Below are positions 17,110-26,102 of a stretch of 40,531 nucleotides of DNA, one piece after another. The position numbers and the translations under genes were made by a program. This DNA comes from a virus, in the IMG/VR virus record IMGVR_UViG_3300012921_000006, positions 1-40,531 of that record. One strand, 5' to 3'. Each line of letters opens with the position of its first letter. Positions within the stretch are counted from its first letter, which is position 1. The notes beneath the pieces are model-generated. The model did not search any database. It saw only the letters and a list, made by a program, of their open reading frames with translations, and was not told where the DNA came from.

Positions 17110-17459
17110 TGGTTCACCCCGCGCTCGGCTTCGATGGTGAGCCGCATAGCCCGACCGCCTTCGTCGCGGATGCCACGGATGTTGTATGGCACGCCCTGCC
17201 ACAGGATACGGTCTGTCGGTTCAATGTCGCGCCGGTTGTGGATGGTGAACAGGACGGTGAAGGTGGCGCTGATGCGGCCCTCATCCATGCCCTCTTTGCC
17301 CGCCTTGGCGCGGACGTTGGCCCAGATCTGCGGATGGGCTGCGAAGTTGGCCCATGTCCGCGTGACGCCGCCGATGCCGTCTGACGTCTCGGTAAAGCGT
17401 TGCAGCGTGATGAGCTGGTCCAGTTTGCCGGGCTGCATCAGATGGGCCTGATCCGCCAA
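17106..17459 (-). CDS. head-tail adaptor (SPP1 gp16 / Phage_H_T_join-like)
   Basis: 117 aa. Pattern GKLDQLITLQR ... WANVRA ... ILWQGVPYNIRGI is typical of this family. Confidence 0.8.
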   Translation of the reverse strand: MADQAHLMQPGKLDQLITLQRFTETSDGIGGVTRTWANFAAHPQIWANVRAKAGKEGMDEGRISATFTVLFTIHNRRDIEPTDRILWQGVPYNIRGIRDEGGRAMRLTIEAERGVNQ

Positions 17460-18007
17460 GATTCCATCAGCGCCTGCGCCGACAGCGGCACCTCGGACAT
17501 CGCCCCAGCCTCGGAGTTTGCACGGCGCTCGAACAGGTCAGCGGCCAGAAGCATCACCGCCGCGCGAAGATCGGCGGGCAGAGAGGCGAAACCTACCATG
17601 TAAACGACCTGCACCGGATACCCCTGTCCGGTCACCACAGGCCAATCCGAGGCGGGCAGAAGCAGCGCAGGGCTGTCACCTGCCACCGTGGCACCCGTAA
17701 CCGCGACACCATCGACGGTGACGGAAGTCACTGCGCCGACCTCACCGCCCGGAAGCTCGACCGCTCCATTCCCGGCCGGAAGTCCCGGCAAACGAAGCGT
17801 GGCAGAGCGGCGGGTCAGAAGCCGCTGGATTCGGCGCTCGATCATCGTCTGCGCAGCGAGGGTGTAGCCGCTGATCAGGGTCGCTTCGCTGCCGTCGGTG
17901 ACGCGCAGGTGATTTGCCATGTTGCCATAGGGCACGCATGGCGCGGCAATGGGGGCAGCCGACCAAACCCGGTTTCTGGGTGCGTAAGCCATGCTGCCCT
18001 CGCGCAT
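17438..18007 (-). CDS. head-tail connector (gp6-like, DNA-packaging related)
   Basis: ANHLRV motif and position between the capsid and adaptor genes. ATG 18007 chosen; GTG 18013 is also possible. Confidence 0.75.
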   Translation of the reverse strand: MREGSMAYAPRNRVWSAAPIAAPCVPYGNMANHLRVTDGSEATLISGYTLAAQTMIERRIQRLLTRRSATLRLPGLPAGNGAVELPGGEVGAVTSVTVDGVAVTGATVAGDSPALLLPASDWPVVTGQGYPVQVVYMVGFASLPADLRAAVMLLAADLFERRANSEAGAMSEVPLSAQALMESWRIRPI

Positions 18008-18009
18008 TG

Positions 18010-18189
18010 TCACTCGGTGGGCTCTTCGGCGGCCGGCACATAAGCCGTCGCGGCACCGAGATCGATGAGGCGAGCCGCCTCTGCAGCGTCGGTCTCCAGC
18101 ACGTCGCCGGGGTTGTAGGACAGCTCAAGGCCAGAATAGATGCACGACAGCACCACCTTGACCAATTCTGCCTTCTCAGCTTTTGCCAT
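18010..18189 (-). CDS. small hypothetical protein (59 aa; below the ORF-track cutoff)
   Basis: Hand-translated as MAKAEKAELVKVVLSCIYSGLELSYNPGDVLETDAAEAARLIDLGAATAYVPAAEEPTE. GGAG SD lies 7 nt upstream. It fills the capsid-connector gap. Confidence 0.45.
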   Translation of the reverse strand: MAKAEKAELVKVVLSCIYSGLELSYNPGDVLETDAAEAARLIDLGAATAYVPAAEEPTE

Positions 18190-18256
18190 GACTTGTCTCC
18201 AATGGCTGACGTAACCGAGGGCGAGACCATCCCGCCCCCGTGCAGATCAGAACAGA

Positions 18257-19468
18257 TCAGGTCGCGGCGTTCACGAAGACGCGGACCTTGTTCGCGTCGA
18301 TCAGGTTGCCGCCGGTCCGCATCAGAGCGAGGAAGCCGACCTGCCCGTTGCGGGTGAAGGCCGAGTCCGTGAACCGGTACATCTCCAGCGCCATCACATC
18401 GCGGATGTAGTAGCCGCTGAAGTCGCCGAAGAGGATCGAGCGCGCGGATGCGGCCATGCTCGCCACGTCTTGGTTGATCGTGATCGGCGAGCCGAGCAGG
18501 CGATCCGGCGAGCCGCCGGGGTTGCCGCTTTCGTAGCCGGGCACGAAGATCGGGCGCTGCTGGCCGTCACGGATCTTGCGGATTTCCCGCAGGGTCGTGT
18601 CGTTGAACATCCAGCCCGCCATCGCCCGGTATGCCGGGTCAACCGAGTGCTGCAGGTTCACAAGGCTGTCATAGGTCACAGCCGTCACCTGCGACGTGCC
18701 GTTGGCAGCGGTCACGCCAACCGTGGCGGCGGTCGCGATACCGTTCGGCTGGCCCGTACCCGTCCCAGTGGTGAACATGCGATTGGTGACGCGACCGATG
18801 CGGGTCACAAGACGGCCCTGAACGAAGCCCTCAATGTCCACGTTGCTGTCTTGGATCAGTTCCAGCGGAACTGCCACGTCGAGCGACGAAAACTTGAAGA
18901 CCGGCAGGCCGACCGTGCCGAAGGCAACGCTCTGACGGCCAACGGTCGCGTTCTCTGCGACGATCTCGCCCTCTTCCGTGGTGCCGTCCGAGGTCGGGAA
19001 CGACATGCCGCCGAAGCCGGAAGTGGCGATCACGGTCGAAACCGCGCGCATGCCGCCGAACTCGCGCAGGCGGTCGATCACGCTCGTGGCGACCTCGGAG
19101 TCGACGCTGAACCCACCCTGCGACCCCGTGGTGGTCGACATGGTGTTGCGGATGGTGGCCCAATCTTCGGCGTTCAGCGCCGCATCGCCGCCGCGCAGCC
19201 ATTTGGCATAGACCGACATGGCCTTGTTGCCCTTGTTCCGGGCGGCGCGGTCGGCACCTTCCGCCATGCTGGCCGTCGACGCTTCCTCAGCCAGCTTGGC
19301 GTTGGCATCGACGATCCGCTTGATGGCAGCATCGATCTTGTCGATCTCGGCCATCGAGTTGTCGTAGGTCGCCTGATCAACGACGGTGTCGAAGTCGGGC
19401 TTGTTGACCAGTTCCTGGAGCGCAGCCGCAATCGTGCCGCGCTTCTCGCGAAGAGCCTGAATGGACAT
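18257..19468 (-). CDS. major capsid protein, HK97 fold/family
   Basis: 403 aa with an N-terminal coiled delta-domain-like region, followed by typical HK97-family blocks (GGF ... LPVFKFSSL ... FGDFSGYYIRD). Confidence 0.95.
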   Translation of the reverse strand: MSIQALREKRGTIAAALQELVNKPDFDTVVDQATYDNSMAEIDKIDAAIKRIVDANAKLAEEASTASMAEGADRAARNKGNKAMSVYAKWLRGGDAALNAEDWATIRNTMSTTTGSQGGFSVDSEVATSVIDRLREFGGMRAVSTVIATSGFGGMSFPTSDGTTEEGEIVAENATVGRQSVAFGTVGLPVFKFSSLDVAVPLELIQDSNVDIEGFVQGRLVTRIGRVTNRMFTTGTGTGQPNGIATAATVGVTAANGTSQVTAVTYDSLVNLQHSVDPAYRAMAGWMFNDTTLREIRKIRDGQQRPIFVPGYESGNPGGSPDRLLGSPITINQDVASMAASARSILFGDFSGYYIRDVMALEMYRFTDSAFTRNGQVGFLALMRTGGNLIDANKVRVFVNAAT

Positions 19469-19524
19469 GATGTCCCTTTCCTTGATGATTGCCGCGTCTG
19501 CGGCGGTGGTCTGGCGCGGCGCGC

Positions 19525-20265
19525 TCAGATCGGATTTGCCACCAAGCGGGCGGCAAGTTTTCGGGCGCGGGAGGCCGCGGCGAGCGCCGGGTCTTCCGCA
19601 GTTGGTTCAGGAGCCAGAGCGTCTTGCGTTGGCTCTGGCATGGCGGGCGCGTTGGCGAATGCGCTCAGGCTCCATTTAGCCTGCGGGCGCTGCGTGTTGC
19701 CTTCCTTCACCTCATCGGCGAGGCCCTCGGCAACTGCCTCCTCGGGCGTGAACCACGTCTCGGCGCGCATCAGGTCCTCATAGACCGGCGCGTCCTTGCC
19801 GCTCTTGCGGGCATAGGATGCAGCGATCTGTCCGTCGATCTTCTCAAGCAGGTCAGCGGTCTGGCGCAGGTCATCCTCGTTGCCGATGACCATGCCCCAA
19901 GCCTTATGGATCATCATCTGCGAACCCGGCACCATCACGCAGCGGGCGCATTCCACAGCGATCACCGAGGCTGCAGACGCGGCGATGGCATCGATCTGCG
20001 CCGTGATGGGATGCGGGAACTCCCGCATCGCCGCGATCATGGCCTGCGCTCCGAAGACAGACCCGCCCGGCGAATTGATGCGGAGCGTCACCGGCCCGTC
20101 GCAGGACTGCAACGCCGAGATGAAGCCCATCGGGGAAACGCCGCCGAACCAGTACGCCTCATCCTCGTCGGCCGCGACGGCGTCATAGAGCCAGATCACA
20201 TTGGCCTCGGCGCGAAACTCGCCTTTGCCCTTGTTCTCCAGCCGCATCTTGAGTTGCGGTGTCAT
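19525..20265 (-). CDS. prohead protease, ClpP-like (S14)
   Basis: INSPGGSVFGAQAMIAAM ... ASAASVIA ... MIHKAW: Clp-protease-type Ser/His blocks. Located between the portal and capsid genes. Confidence 0.9.
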   Translation of the reverse strand: MTPQLKMRLENKGKGEFRAEANVIWLYDAVAADEDEAYWFGGVSPMGFISALQSCDGPVTLRINSPGGSVFGAQAMIAAMREFPHPITAQIDAIAASAASVIAVECARCVMVPGSQMMIHKAWGMVIGNEDDLRQTADLLEKIDGQIAASYARKSGKDAPVYEDLMRAETWFTPEEAVAEGLADEVKEGNTQRPQAKWSLSAFANAPAMPEPTQDALAPEPTAEDPALAAASRARKLAARLVANPI

Positions 20266-21524
20266 GGCGTCGGGTCCTCTTCGGTTTCTGCCGGTGGCGG
20301 GGCGGGCGACGGCTGCAGATTGCCGTTCACCTTGCGCGACAGGTTCAGCTTGTGCCGCACCTCTTCGACGCTCATGATCGGCTGCTCTCCCGCACGGCCC
20401 AGGGCGATGCGGAAGGTCTCGATCAGCGTCTTGAGGTCAGCGTTCTCCAACTCGCTCGTGTCGAACTTCGCCACGAAGCGGGTGGTGCGGAAAAACTTGC
20501 GGTTGATCTCATTCTCGAAGGCGTTCAGGTGATCGCGCAACGTGAACCGGACAAAGCCCGTGCCCATCGCTCCGACGCCTGCGCCCCAGCTGGTCGTCTT
20601 CTCAGTGTGGCCGATCATGAACGGTGGGACGCCGTAGATCCGCGCAATCTCCTCGACTTGAAAACGCCGCGTCTCCAGAAGCTGCATTTCTTCCATCGGC
20701 ATGGTCAACGTCTTAACGTCGAGACCACCCTCAAGGATCATCGGGCGGCCCGCGTTCTGCGGACCCGTGTGATCAGAGATCCATTCCTTCAGTCGCGCGA
20801 ACTGATCGTCGGTCAAGGACGCATCGGTCTTCAGCGCCATTTCAGGGCGGGCAGCGTTCTCCAGAAACTTCGCCGAGAATTGCTGAGCGTTCAGGGCTAC
20901 GCCACCAGTCATGCGCAGAGCATAGCGCAGGGGCGACATGCCCCGGATGCCGTTGTACCCAACCCCCGGAATGTGGAGCATGTCGTCTTGGTCGATCACC
21001 CGCGTCTGCGATGCGGCCTCATCAGGGGTGCGGATCGTTGAATCCGGCCTAACCTCGTAGACCAGCCGCTCGCCGTCGCGCGTAGCGATGACCTCGACCC
21101 GGTTCTGATGGATCGGCACCAGCGCGCGGATGGCGCCGTTGGGTGACCTGCGGATCTCCACAAAGCTGTCACCGTGCAGAAGCTTGGACCCAGCGCTAAA
21201 GGACCACCCCGCAGCAGCGGGCCAGCGAGGCGCAAACTCCTCGTTCAGCACCCACCACAGCGGGTTGTTCTGGTCGCGCTCAAGGTCACCGTTCTGGTCA
21301 CGGCGATAGATATGCACCGGCAGCGTCGAAATCGCCCCGGCAATCAGGTTGACGCAGCCGTAGACCGCCGAGACTGTCAGCGCGGAATGCTCCGACAGCA
21401 CGGCATTTGGCGCGCCCGTGAATGCCTCGAACACCGCATCGCCACGACGCACGAGGCTCGAATCCACTGGCGCAGTGAGCGCCTTCGGGCCGAAAAATGC
21501 GGCGATCCGGGACAGAAAGCTCAT
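20262..21524 (-). CDS. portal protein, HK97 family
   Basis: 420 aa in the canonical position, with typical portal blocks (SAVYGCVNLIAGAIS ... LLHGDSF ... YGVPPFMIG). Confidence 0.95.
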   Translation of the reverse strand: MSFLSRIAAFFGPKALTAPVDSSLVRRGDAVFEAFTGAPNAVLSEHSALTVSAVYGCVNLIAGAISTLPVHIYRRDQNGDLERDQNNPLWWVLNEEFAPRWPAAAGWSFSAGSKLLHGDSFVEIRRSPNGAIRALVPIHQNRVEVIATRDGERLVYEVRPDSTIRTPDEAASQTRVIDQDDMLHIPGVGYNGIRGMSPLRYALRMTGGVALNAQQFSAKFLENAARPEMALKTDASLTDDQFARLKEWISDHTGPQNAGRPMILEGGLDVKTLTMPMEEMQLLETRRFQVEEIARIYGVPPFMIGHTEKTTSWGAGVGAMGTGFVRFTLRDHLNAFENEINRKFFRTTRFVAKFDTSELENADLKTLIETFRIALGRAGEQPIMSVEEVRHKLNLSRKVNGNLQPSPAPPPAETEEDPTP

Positions 21525-21630
21525 AGCGTCCGCGCTCTGATCATCGGTGCCGGAGCATCAGGCTGCCACGTCCCCGCCACGCTCATCGCCATCGCAAGCG
21601 CCACCATCCCGTCGATCCGGCCATTGATTT
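21521..21630 (-). other. displaced conserved C-terminus of TerL in the -1 frame
   Basis: The -1 frame encodes NGRIDGMVALAMAMSVAG..., the usual (K/R)IDG.vA..mA terminase end. Its stop overlaps the portal ATG (ATGA at 21521..21524). Confidence 0.65.
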
Positions 21631-23076
21631 CATCTTGGACAGCTTTCGGTTGCCTGCAGGATCGGCCTGCACGGTTGCGTTGCGGGCGCAGGTCTCCAGC
21701 ACGGGATGCCCGCCATGCGCGATGCGCTTGTTCAGAATTGCGCTTTCCAGATCCCGAAGAGCGGGCGACATGGACTGGAAACCCTGCCCCATCGGCTCGA
21801 ACAGGCCGCCCTCGTCCAATTGCGCGTCGGTGAATCCGGCCTTCTGCAGCCACGGTTTCAGATGCCGCCAGTTCCAACGGTCGAAAGCGATCTTCCGAAC
21901 GTCATTGACCTCGCAGAAGTCCCAGAGGAACGCCGCGACATATTCATATTCGACCGTCGCTCCCGGCGTGGTCTGCAGGTGCCCCTGCCGGTGCCACAGG
22001 TCATAGGGAACCCGGTCAACCCTCGCCTTGTCCGCCAGCCCGCGCGAGGGCAGCCAGAAGGTCGGCTTGACGTGCCAGACCGCATCAACCGGCGCGACCG
22101 CAACGAAGGCCGTGAGGTCCGACACCTCCGACAGGTCGAGGCCCGCATAGACAGGCAAGCCGTCAAAGCTCTTCACCACCGGCGCGGCACAATCTGCCCA
22201 TGCAGACCGACTGACGAACGGCGCGTTCATATCCACGCGCTGGTTCAGGATCAGGTTCCGGTACTCTGCCTCCCGCGAAGGCATCCGGCGGGCATCCTCG
22301 GCCATCGCCATCGTTTCCTGCGCGTTCTGGAAGTCTCCAAACGCCGGGTTGGCGGCCCGGATTGCTTCCTCACTGAACGGGTCCATCTCCTGCGGCGCGG
22401 TGTGGAGCGACACCACAACGCGCGGGTCTTTCCCGCTCAGCCCGTCCTCGATCAGCAGCGACAGCAGGTCCGCATCGGTCGGAGCCTGCGTCGAGATGAT
22501 GATCGACAGCGGATTGTCCTGCGCACCCGTCGCCGTTTCCAGCGCCTCGTAAAGGTCCGACTTCGGCCCCTTCACTTGGCCCAGCTCGTCATGAATGATC
22601 AGCACCGGCGAAAGACCATATGCCGTCGATGCATCCGCCGACAGCGCCCGATAGAGCGTCCCAAGCTCCGTGCAGGCCAACTGCTTCGCCGTGTCCCTCA
22701 CCACGACCACCGCCGCCAGCTCAGGCGACATGCGCACCACCTTTGCCGCCAGCGCGAACAGGATTGCCGCCTGATCCCGCGACTGCGCCGCGCTGAACAG
22801 CTGGCTATTCGGTCGCGCCTCGGGGCCGCAGAGGTGCAGAAGCGTGATGAACGACGACAGCGCCGTTTTTCCGTTCTTCCGCCCGAAGCTCAGGATTGCC
22901 CGGCGCGTCCCTGCCGGATTGTCGTAGATCCTCCGCAGTTCTTCCTTCTGCCATTCCCGCAGGCGCACCGGCTTGCCTACGTCCCGACCCTCGGGAATGC
23001 GGCAGAACCTCTCGATCCACCCGATGTTGCGTTCTCCGCGCGTCTCCGGCGCGGGCTTGCGCTTCACGCTTCCCAA
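21583..23076 (-). CDS. terL: terminase large subunit (Terminase_1-type), reading frame truncated at the 3' end
   Basis: Walker-A-like FGRKNGKTAL, a DE box (IIHDELGQV) and the nuclease-domain block ADPAGNRKLSKMKS. The frame then ends in a non-conserved tail (MAGSTGWWRLRWR). Confidence 0.9.
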   Translation of the reverse strand: MGSVKRKPAPETRGERNIGWIERFCRIPEGRDVGKPVRLREWQKEELRRIYDNPAGTRRAILSFGRKNGKTALSSFITLLHLCGPEARPNSQLFSAAQSRDQAAILFALAAKVVRMSPELAAVVVVRDTAKQLACTELGTLYRALSADASTAYGLSPVLIIHDELGQVKGPKSDLYEALETATGAQDNPLSIIISTQAPTDADLLSLLIEDGLSGKDPRVVVSLHTAPQEMDPFSEEAIRAANPAFGDFQNAQETMAMAEDARRMPSREAEYRNLILNQRVDMNAPFVSRSAWADCAAPVVKSFDGLPVYAGLDLSEVSDLTAFVAVAPVDAVWHVKPTFWLPSRGLADKARVDRVPYDLWHRQGHLQTTPGATVEYEYVAAFLWDFCEVNDVRKIAFDRWNWRHLKPWLQKAGFTDAQLDEGGLFEPMGQGFQSMSPALRDLESAILNKRIAHGGHPVLETCARNATVQADPAGNRKLSKMKSMAGSTGWWRLRWR

Positions 23077-23495
23077 GGCCGTTTCATCGGGCTGCGGCGC
23101 GACTTCTCACCGCCAGCCCCGCGCGCTGAGTAGCTTGCTTGCTGCGAGATGCGCATCGATGCCGCCAGCGCCTTCAGCGCCGAGGATTCCTTCGCCTGCA
23201 TGCCGAGAAGGTCTTTCATCTCGGCCACATTGATCTCTTCGCGTGCCGATGCGGTGTCGATCATCTGCGCCACCCGACGCGCCGTGACCGTGTGGCGGCA
23301 CCACTGCCGGAGAAGCGGCCATGTCTCCCGCTGGAACCAGTCTGCAGGCATCGCATCGACCGTCTCGACCCAAACATCAGCCTCCTCCGGCGTCAGATCG
23401 AGCGGCGCATCGGGGCGGCGAATGACCTGGACGGCCTGCACGCCGACGCCAGCGACTTCAAGTGCCGCCGAGGATGTTTTGCCGCGTTGGCCCAT
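23064..23495 (-). CDS. terS: terminase small subunit (P27-family-like)
   Basis: 143 aa directly upstream of and overlapping terL. The pattern PLDLTPEEADVW ... WPLLRQWC is typical of P27-type small terminases. Confidence 0.75.
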   Translation of the reverse strand: MGQRGKTSSAALEVAGVGVQAVQVIRRPDAPLDLTPEEADVWVETVDAMPADWFQRETWPLLRQWCRHTVTARRVAQMIDTASAREEINVAEMKDLLGMQAKESSALKALAASMRISQQASYSARGAGGEKSRRSPMKRPWEA

Positions 23496-23582
23496 ATCGA
23501 AACCTTGCCATTTGTGTGAAGGAAACCCCCACGCCGGTCCCCCGGCCCCGAGGCCTGCAAGAATGCATACCCCCCCTACCCT

Positions 23583-23900
23583 TCACTCCGGCCAGATCGG
23601 GCTGCCACCTTCATCGAACCCAAGCCGCTGCTTGATCGTCCGACCTTGTGCCTGTGCTGCCTCTGCCGTGGTCTTGGCCTTGTGGCAGTCGGCGCATGTC
23701 GCTTCGAGGTTGGATGGATCGTCGGTCCCGCCCATTGCCTTGGGCTTGATGTGGTCAACCGATGATGCGGGTGTCGGCCTGCCCTTGCGCCAGCAGGGTT
23801 GGCACAGGTGATTGTCGCGCTGCATGATCAGCGCCCTGAGCTTGACCCACTTGCTGCCGTAGCCTCGCGCATGTCGGCTGGTCTTGTGCCATCCTGACAT
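23583..23900 (-). CDS. HNH endonuclease (terminase-associated)
   Basis: CQPC ... VDHIKP ... NLEATCADCH gives an HNH/Zn motif. The position just upstream of terS matches HK97-gp74-type packaging HNH proteins. Confidence 0.85.
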   Translation of the reverse strand: MSGWHKTSRHARGYGSKWVKLRALIMQRDNHLCQPCWRKGRPTPASSVDHIKPKAMGGTDDPSNLEATCADCHKAKTTAEAAQAQGRTIKQRLGFDEGGSPIWPE

Positions 23901-23921
23901 GCTGCCTGTCCCAGAAATGCG

Positions 23922-23953
23922 GAAGGCGGCACCCTTTTCAGATCACCGCCTTC
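23922..23953 (-). promoter_or_regulatory. 8-bp stem-loop between the early and late operons
   Basis: GAAGGCGG-N16-CCGCCTTC. On the minus strand it is followed only by CGCATTTCTGG, a weak U-tract. Confidence 0.3.
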
Positions 23954-23991
23954 AGTCATGATACAGAAGTTGACGCAGTATCTTGCGGTTG

Positions 23992-24615
23992 TCAACGTCC
24001 TCGATACTCCACCTGCCTTCCGGCCAGCCCATCCGCTACACAGGCCAGCGCCAGCTTCACCCCGGCCCAGTCCGACACGCTGGCATCGTCCACCACGGCA
24101 GCGATGCAGGCAGACCGTGCGCGGCCATCGGCATAGCCCAGCCAGCCCTGCACGGCCATGAAGGCGCTGATGGCGCTGCGGTAGCGGTCGGCTTCTGGAC
24201 GATCATCTGGCGCGGGGTCTGATGCGCTGGCGGTCATGGGGTCCACCGGGGCAAGGATGCGCAGGCAGACCGGGTGACGGTTCGGTGCGCCCAAAGCCCG
24301 ATCATAGGCGGCCCAGACGCGGCGCATGTGCTTGACCGCGCCCCACAGGTCCGCCCGCTCGCATCCGGCCAGATCGTCCAGCAGCAGCGCGATGCCGACT
24401 TCACACCCGGCCATGTCCGACCGGGCGAGGATCGGGGCGGCTTGGCCCAGCGGTGCAAGCCTGCGGGTGCGGGCCTCGATGACGGTGGTGGTTTCGTCCA
24501 GCATGTCGGTTCTCCTGCCCTGCCCCGCCCGTTCCTTCATCGGCGCTGCCTCTCCGCCGGGAAGTGTGATCTTGCGCTTGCGGCGTCTGCGCTTGCGTTC
24601 GGCGATGGAGGTCAT
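23992..24615 (-). CDS. hypothetical protein (207 aa), last gene of the early operon
   Basis: High-GC3 ORF with a basic N-terminus (KRRRRKRK). Its start overlaps the helicase stop. Confidence 0.7.
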   Translation of the reverse strand: MTSIAERKRRRRKRKITLPGGEAAPMKERAGQGRRTDMLDETTTVIEARTRRLAPLGQAAPILARSDMAGCEVGIALLLDDLAGCERADLWGAVKHMRRVWAAYDRALGAPNRHPVCLRILAPVDPMTASASDPAPDDRPEADRYRSAISAFMAVQGWLGYADGRARSACIAAVVDDASVSDWAGVKLALACVADGLAGRQVEYRGR

Positions 24616-26102
24616 GCGTGGCTCCGATAGCGTTCATCGCTCTGGAAGGCGCGATAGGTCATCAGCGATGGGTTGAAGGTCAGCTTCGCGCCGCCTGGGT
24701 CGATGTCGTAGAGCTGGCGGTCGCGGACCTTCCAACACTCCACCATTACGAACTCATCGACCTCGCCGTCCTCCCGCGGCTTGCGGTCCTGAAACACGCT
24801 CCAGCCCAACGCTGGCTTGTTGAAGAACGCCGCCGAATCCGCGATGTCGTAGCCTGTCGGGGCGCGCGGCTTGCCGTCTGTCGGCATCTTCTTCGGGTGG
24901 GCGATGACGCAGACGTGAGTGTCGTATTGCTCAGCCCACTGCCTGATCTGCTGGAGGGCGAAGTTGATGTAGGCCGTCATGCTCTCGCCGGGCATCGGCA
25001 TGTGCTCAAGCTCATTCCAAGGGTCAAGGATAATCAGCTTGCACCCATCGCGGACAGCCAGCGTGTAGATCATCGACTTGGCCCATTCGAGATGATGGGC
25101 GCCATCGTCGAACGTCCGATGCACGATCCGGACGCTGCGGTCCAGAGTGGCCCCGACCTCGGCTTGCTGGCGCGCCGAAAGGTCAGCCCAAGGCTTCCCG
25201 CATTCAAGCCTGCAAAGATGGTCACGGGTGCGGTGCGGGTGCGTCTCGAACGACATGAAGCCGACGCGGACGCCCTCATGCTTGGCGACGTGATATGCCG
25301 CAAAGGTGCTGAAGGTTGATTTGCCTGCGCCCGGCGTCCCGGTCCCGACCGACATTGCCCCGATCTCAAATGCCAGCACGAAGTCGAAAGGCTTCATGCC
25401 AAGGCGCAGGACGCGCCGATCTGCGGCCGGCGGAAGATCTGTGATGCCGGTGATGAACCCACCGGCGGGGTCGATCCGCTTTGCCTCCAAAAGGCACCGC
25501 GCCAACTCACCTTCGCCGAAACGGACCAGCACATCGTTCGCGTCCTTGCAGCCTGCAGGCCAAGCCACATAGCGCACATCGTGACCGGCCAGAATGTTCG
25601 CCACGGTCTTCGGCAGTGATGCCCCAGCCGCGTCGTTGTCGCCTGCCACGATCACCCACGGCGAGGCGCGCAAGGCTGCCTCTGCGGAGACCAGAACGTC
25701 TCGCTTTCCGCCGTCCTCGTTCCAACCGTCCGGCAGGGACACGGCGCGACTGTAGCCCGCCTGGATCACCGATAGCGCGTCGATCTCGCCTTCCGTGATA
25801 ACCACCGGGCCATCCCCGGCTTTAAGCGCATCCTCGTTGAACAGGCCCCTCGTCACCCCTTGCGTCGAGCGCCAGTCCTTGCGATCAACGGCGCGGAACT
25901 TCGCCGCGTATCCCTGACCGTTGCGACGATACGGAAAGGCCACGGCTGCGCCCAAGCCGGGATGCTGGGTCAGCTTGACGCCCATATGAGCGATCAGATC
26001 GGCGTCCAGCTTTCGCACCTCTGTCAGCCATTTCATCCCGTCTGTCATCGTAAAATTCCCCACCCTTCCATCCGCAATGCCAGCAGTGCCACTGGACGCC
26101 AT
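24612..26102 (-). CDS. TOPRIM primase domain + DnaB/RecA-type helicase (T7 gp4-like). The first ~15 codons of this ORF are probably not coding.
   Basis: TOPRIM blocks VVITEGEIDALS and AGDNDAAG; Walker A GTGTPGAGKST; Walker B LIILDPWNE. The first credible residues start around NFTMTDGMKW (about 26057). Confidence 0.85.
   Translation of the reverse strand: MASSGTAGIADGRVGNFTMTDGMKWLTEVRKLDADLIAHMGVKLTQHPGLGAAVAFPYRRNGQGYAAKFRAVDRKDWRSTQGVTRGLFNEDALKAGDGPVVITEGEIDALSVIQAGYSRAVSLPDGWNEDGGKRDVLVSAEAALRASPWVIVAGDNDAAGASLPKTVANILAGHDVRYVAWPAGCKDANDVLVRFGEGELARCLLEAKRIDPAGGFITGITDLPPAADRRVLRLGMKPFDFVLAFEIGAMSVGTGTPGAGKSTFSTFAAYHVAKHEGVRVGFMSFETHPHRTRDHLCRLECGKPWADLSARQQAEVGATLDRSVRIVHRTFDDGAHHLEWAKSMIYTLAVRDGCKLIILDPWNELEHMPMPGESMTAYINFALQQIRQWAEQYDTHVCVIAHPKKMPTDGKPRAPTGYDIADSAAFFNKPALGWSVFQDRKPREDGEVDEFVMVECWKVRDRQLYDIDPGGAKLTFNPSLMTYRAFQSDERYRSHA

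Noticed and set aside
18470-19783. 437-aa plus-strand ORF antisense to the major capsid gene
   Set aside because: The opposite strand carries an unmistakable HK97-type capsid. The antisense ORF is an artefact of stop-codon scarcity at high GC.
23496-23582. G-rich intergenic stretch upstream of terS as the cos site
   Set aside because: The position is plausible for an HNH-assisted cos phage. However, no defined repeat or symmetry could be identified by eye, so the ends cannot be inferred without virion DNA data.
15394-23900. Gene transfer agent rather than a phage
   Set aside because: The window also encodes an integrase, an immunity switch with operators, a replication module, RecET-like recombination functions and a full lysis cassette. 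The unit is about 40 kb, far larger than a GTA cluster's packaged DNA.
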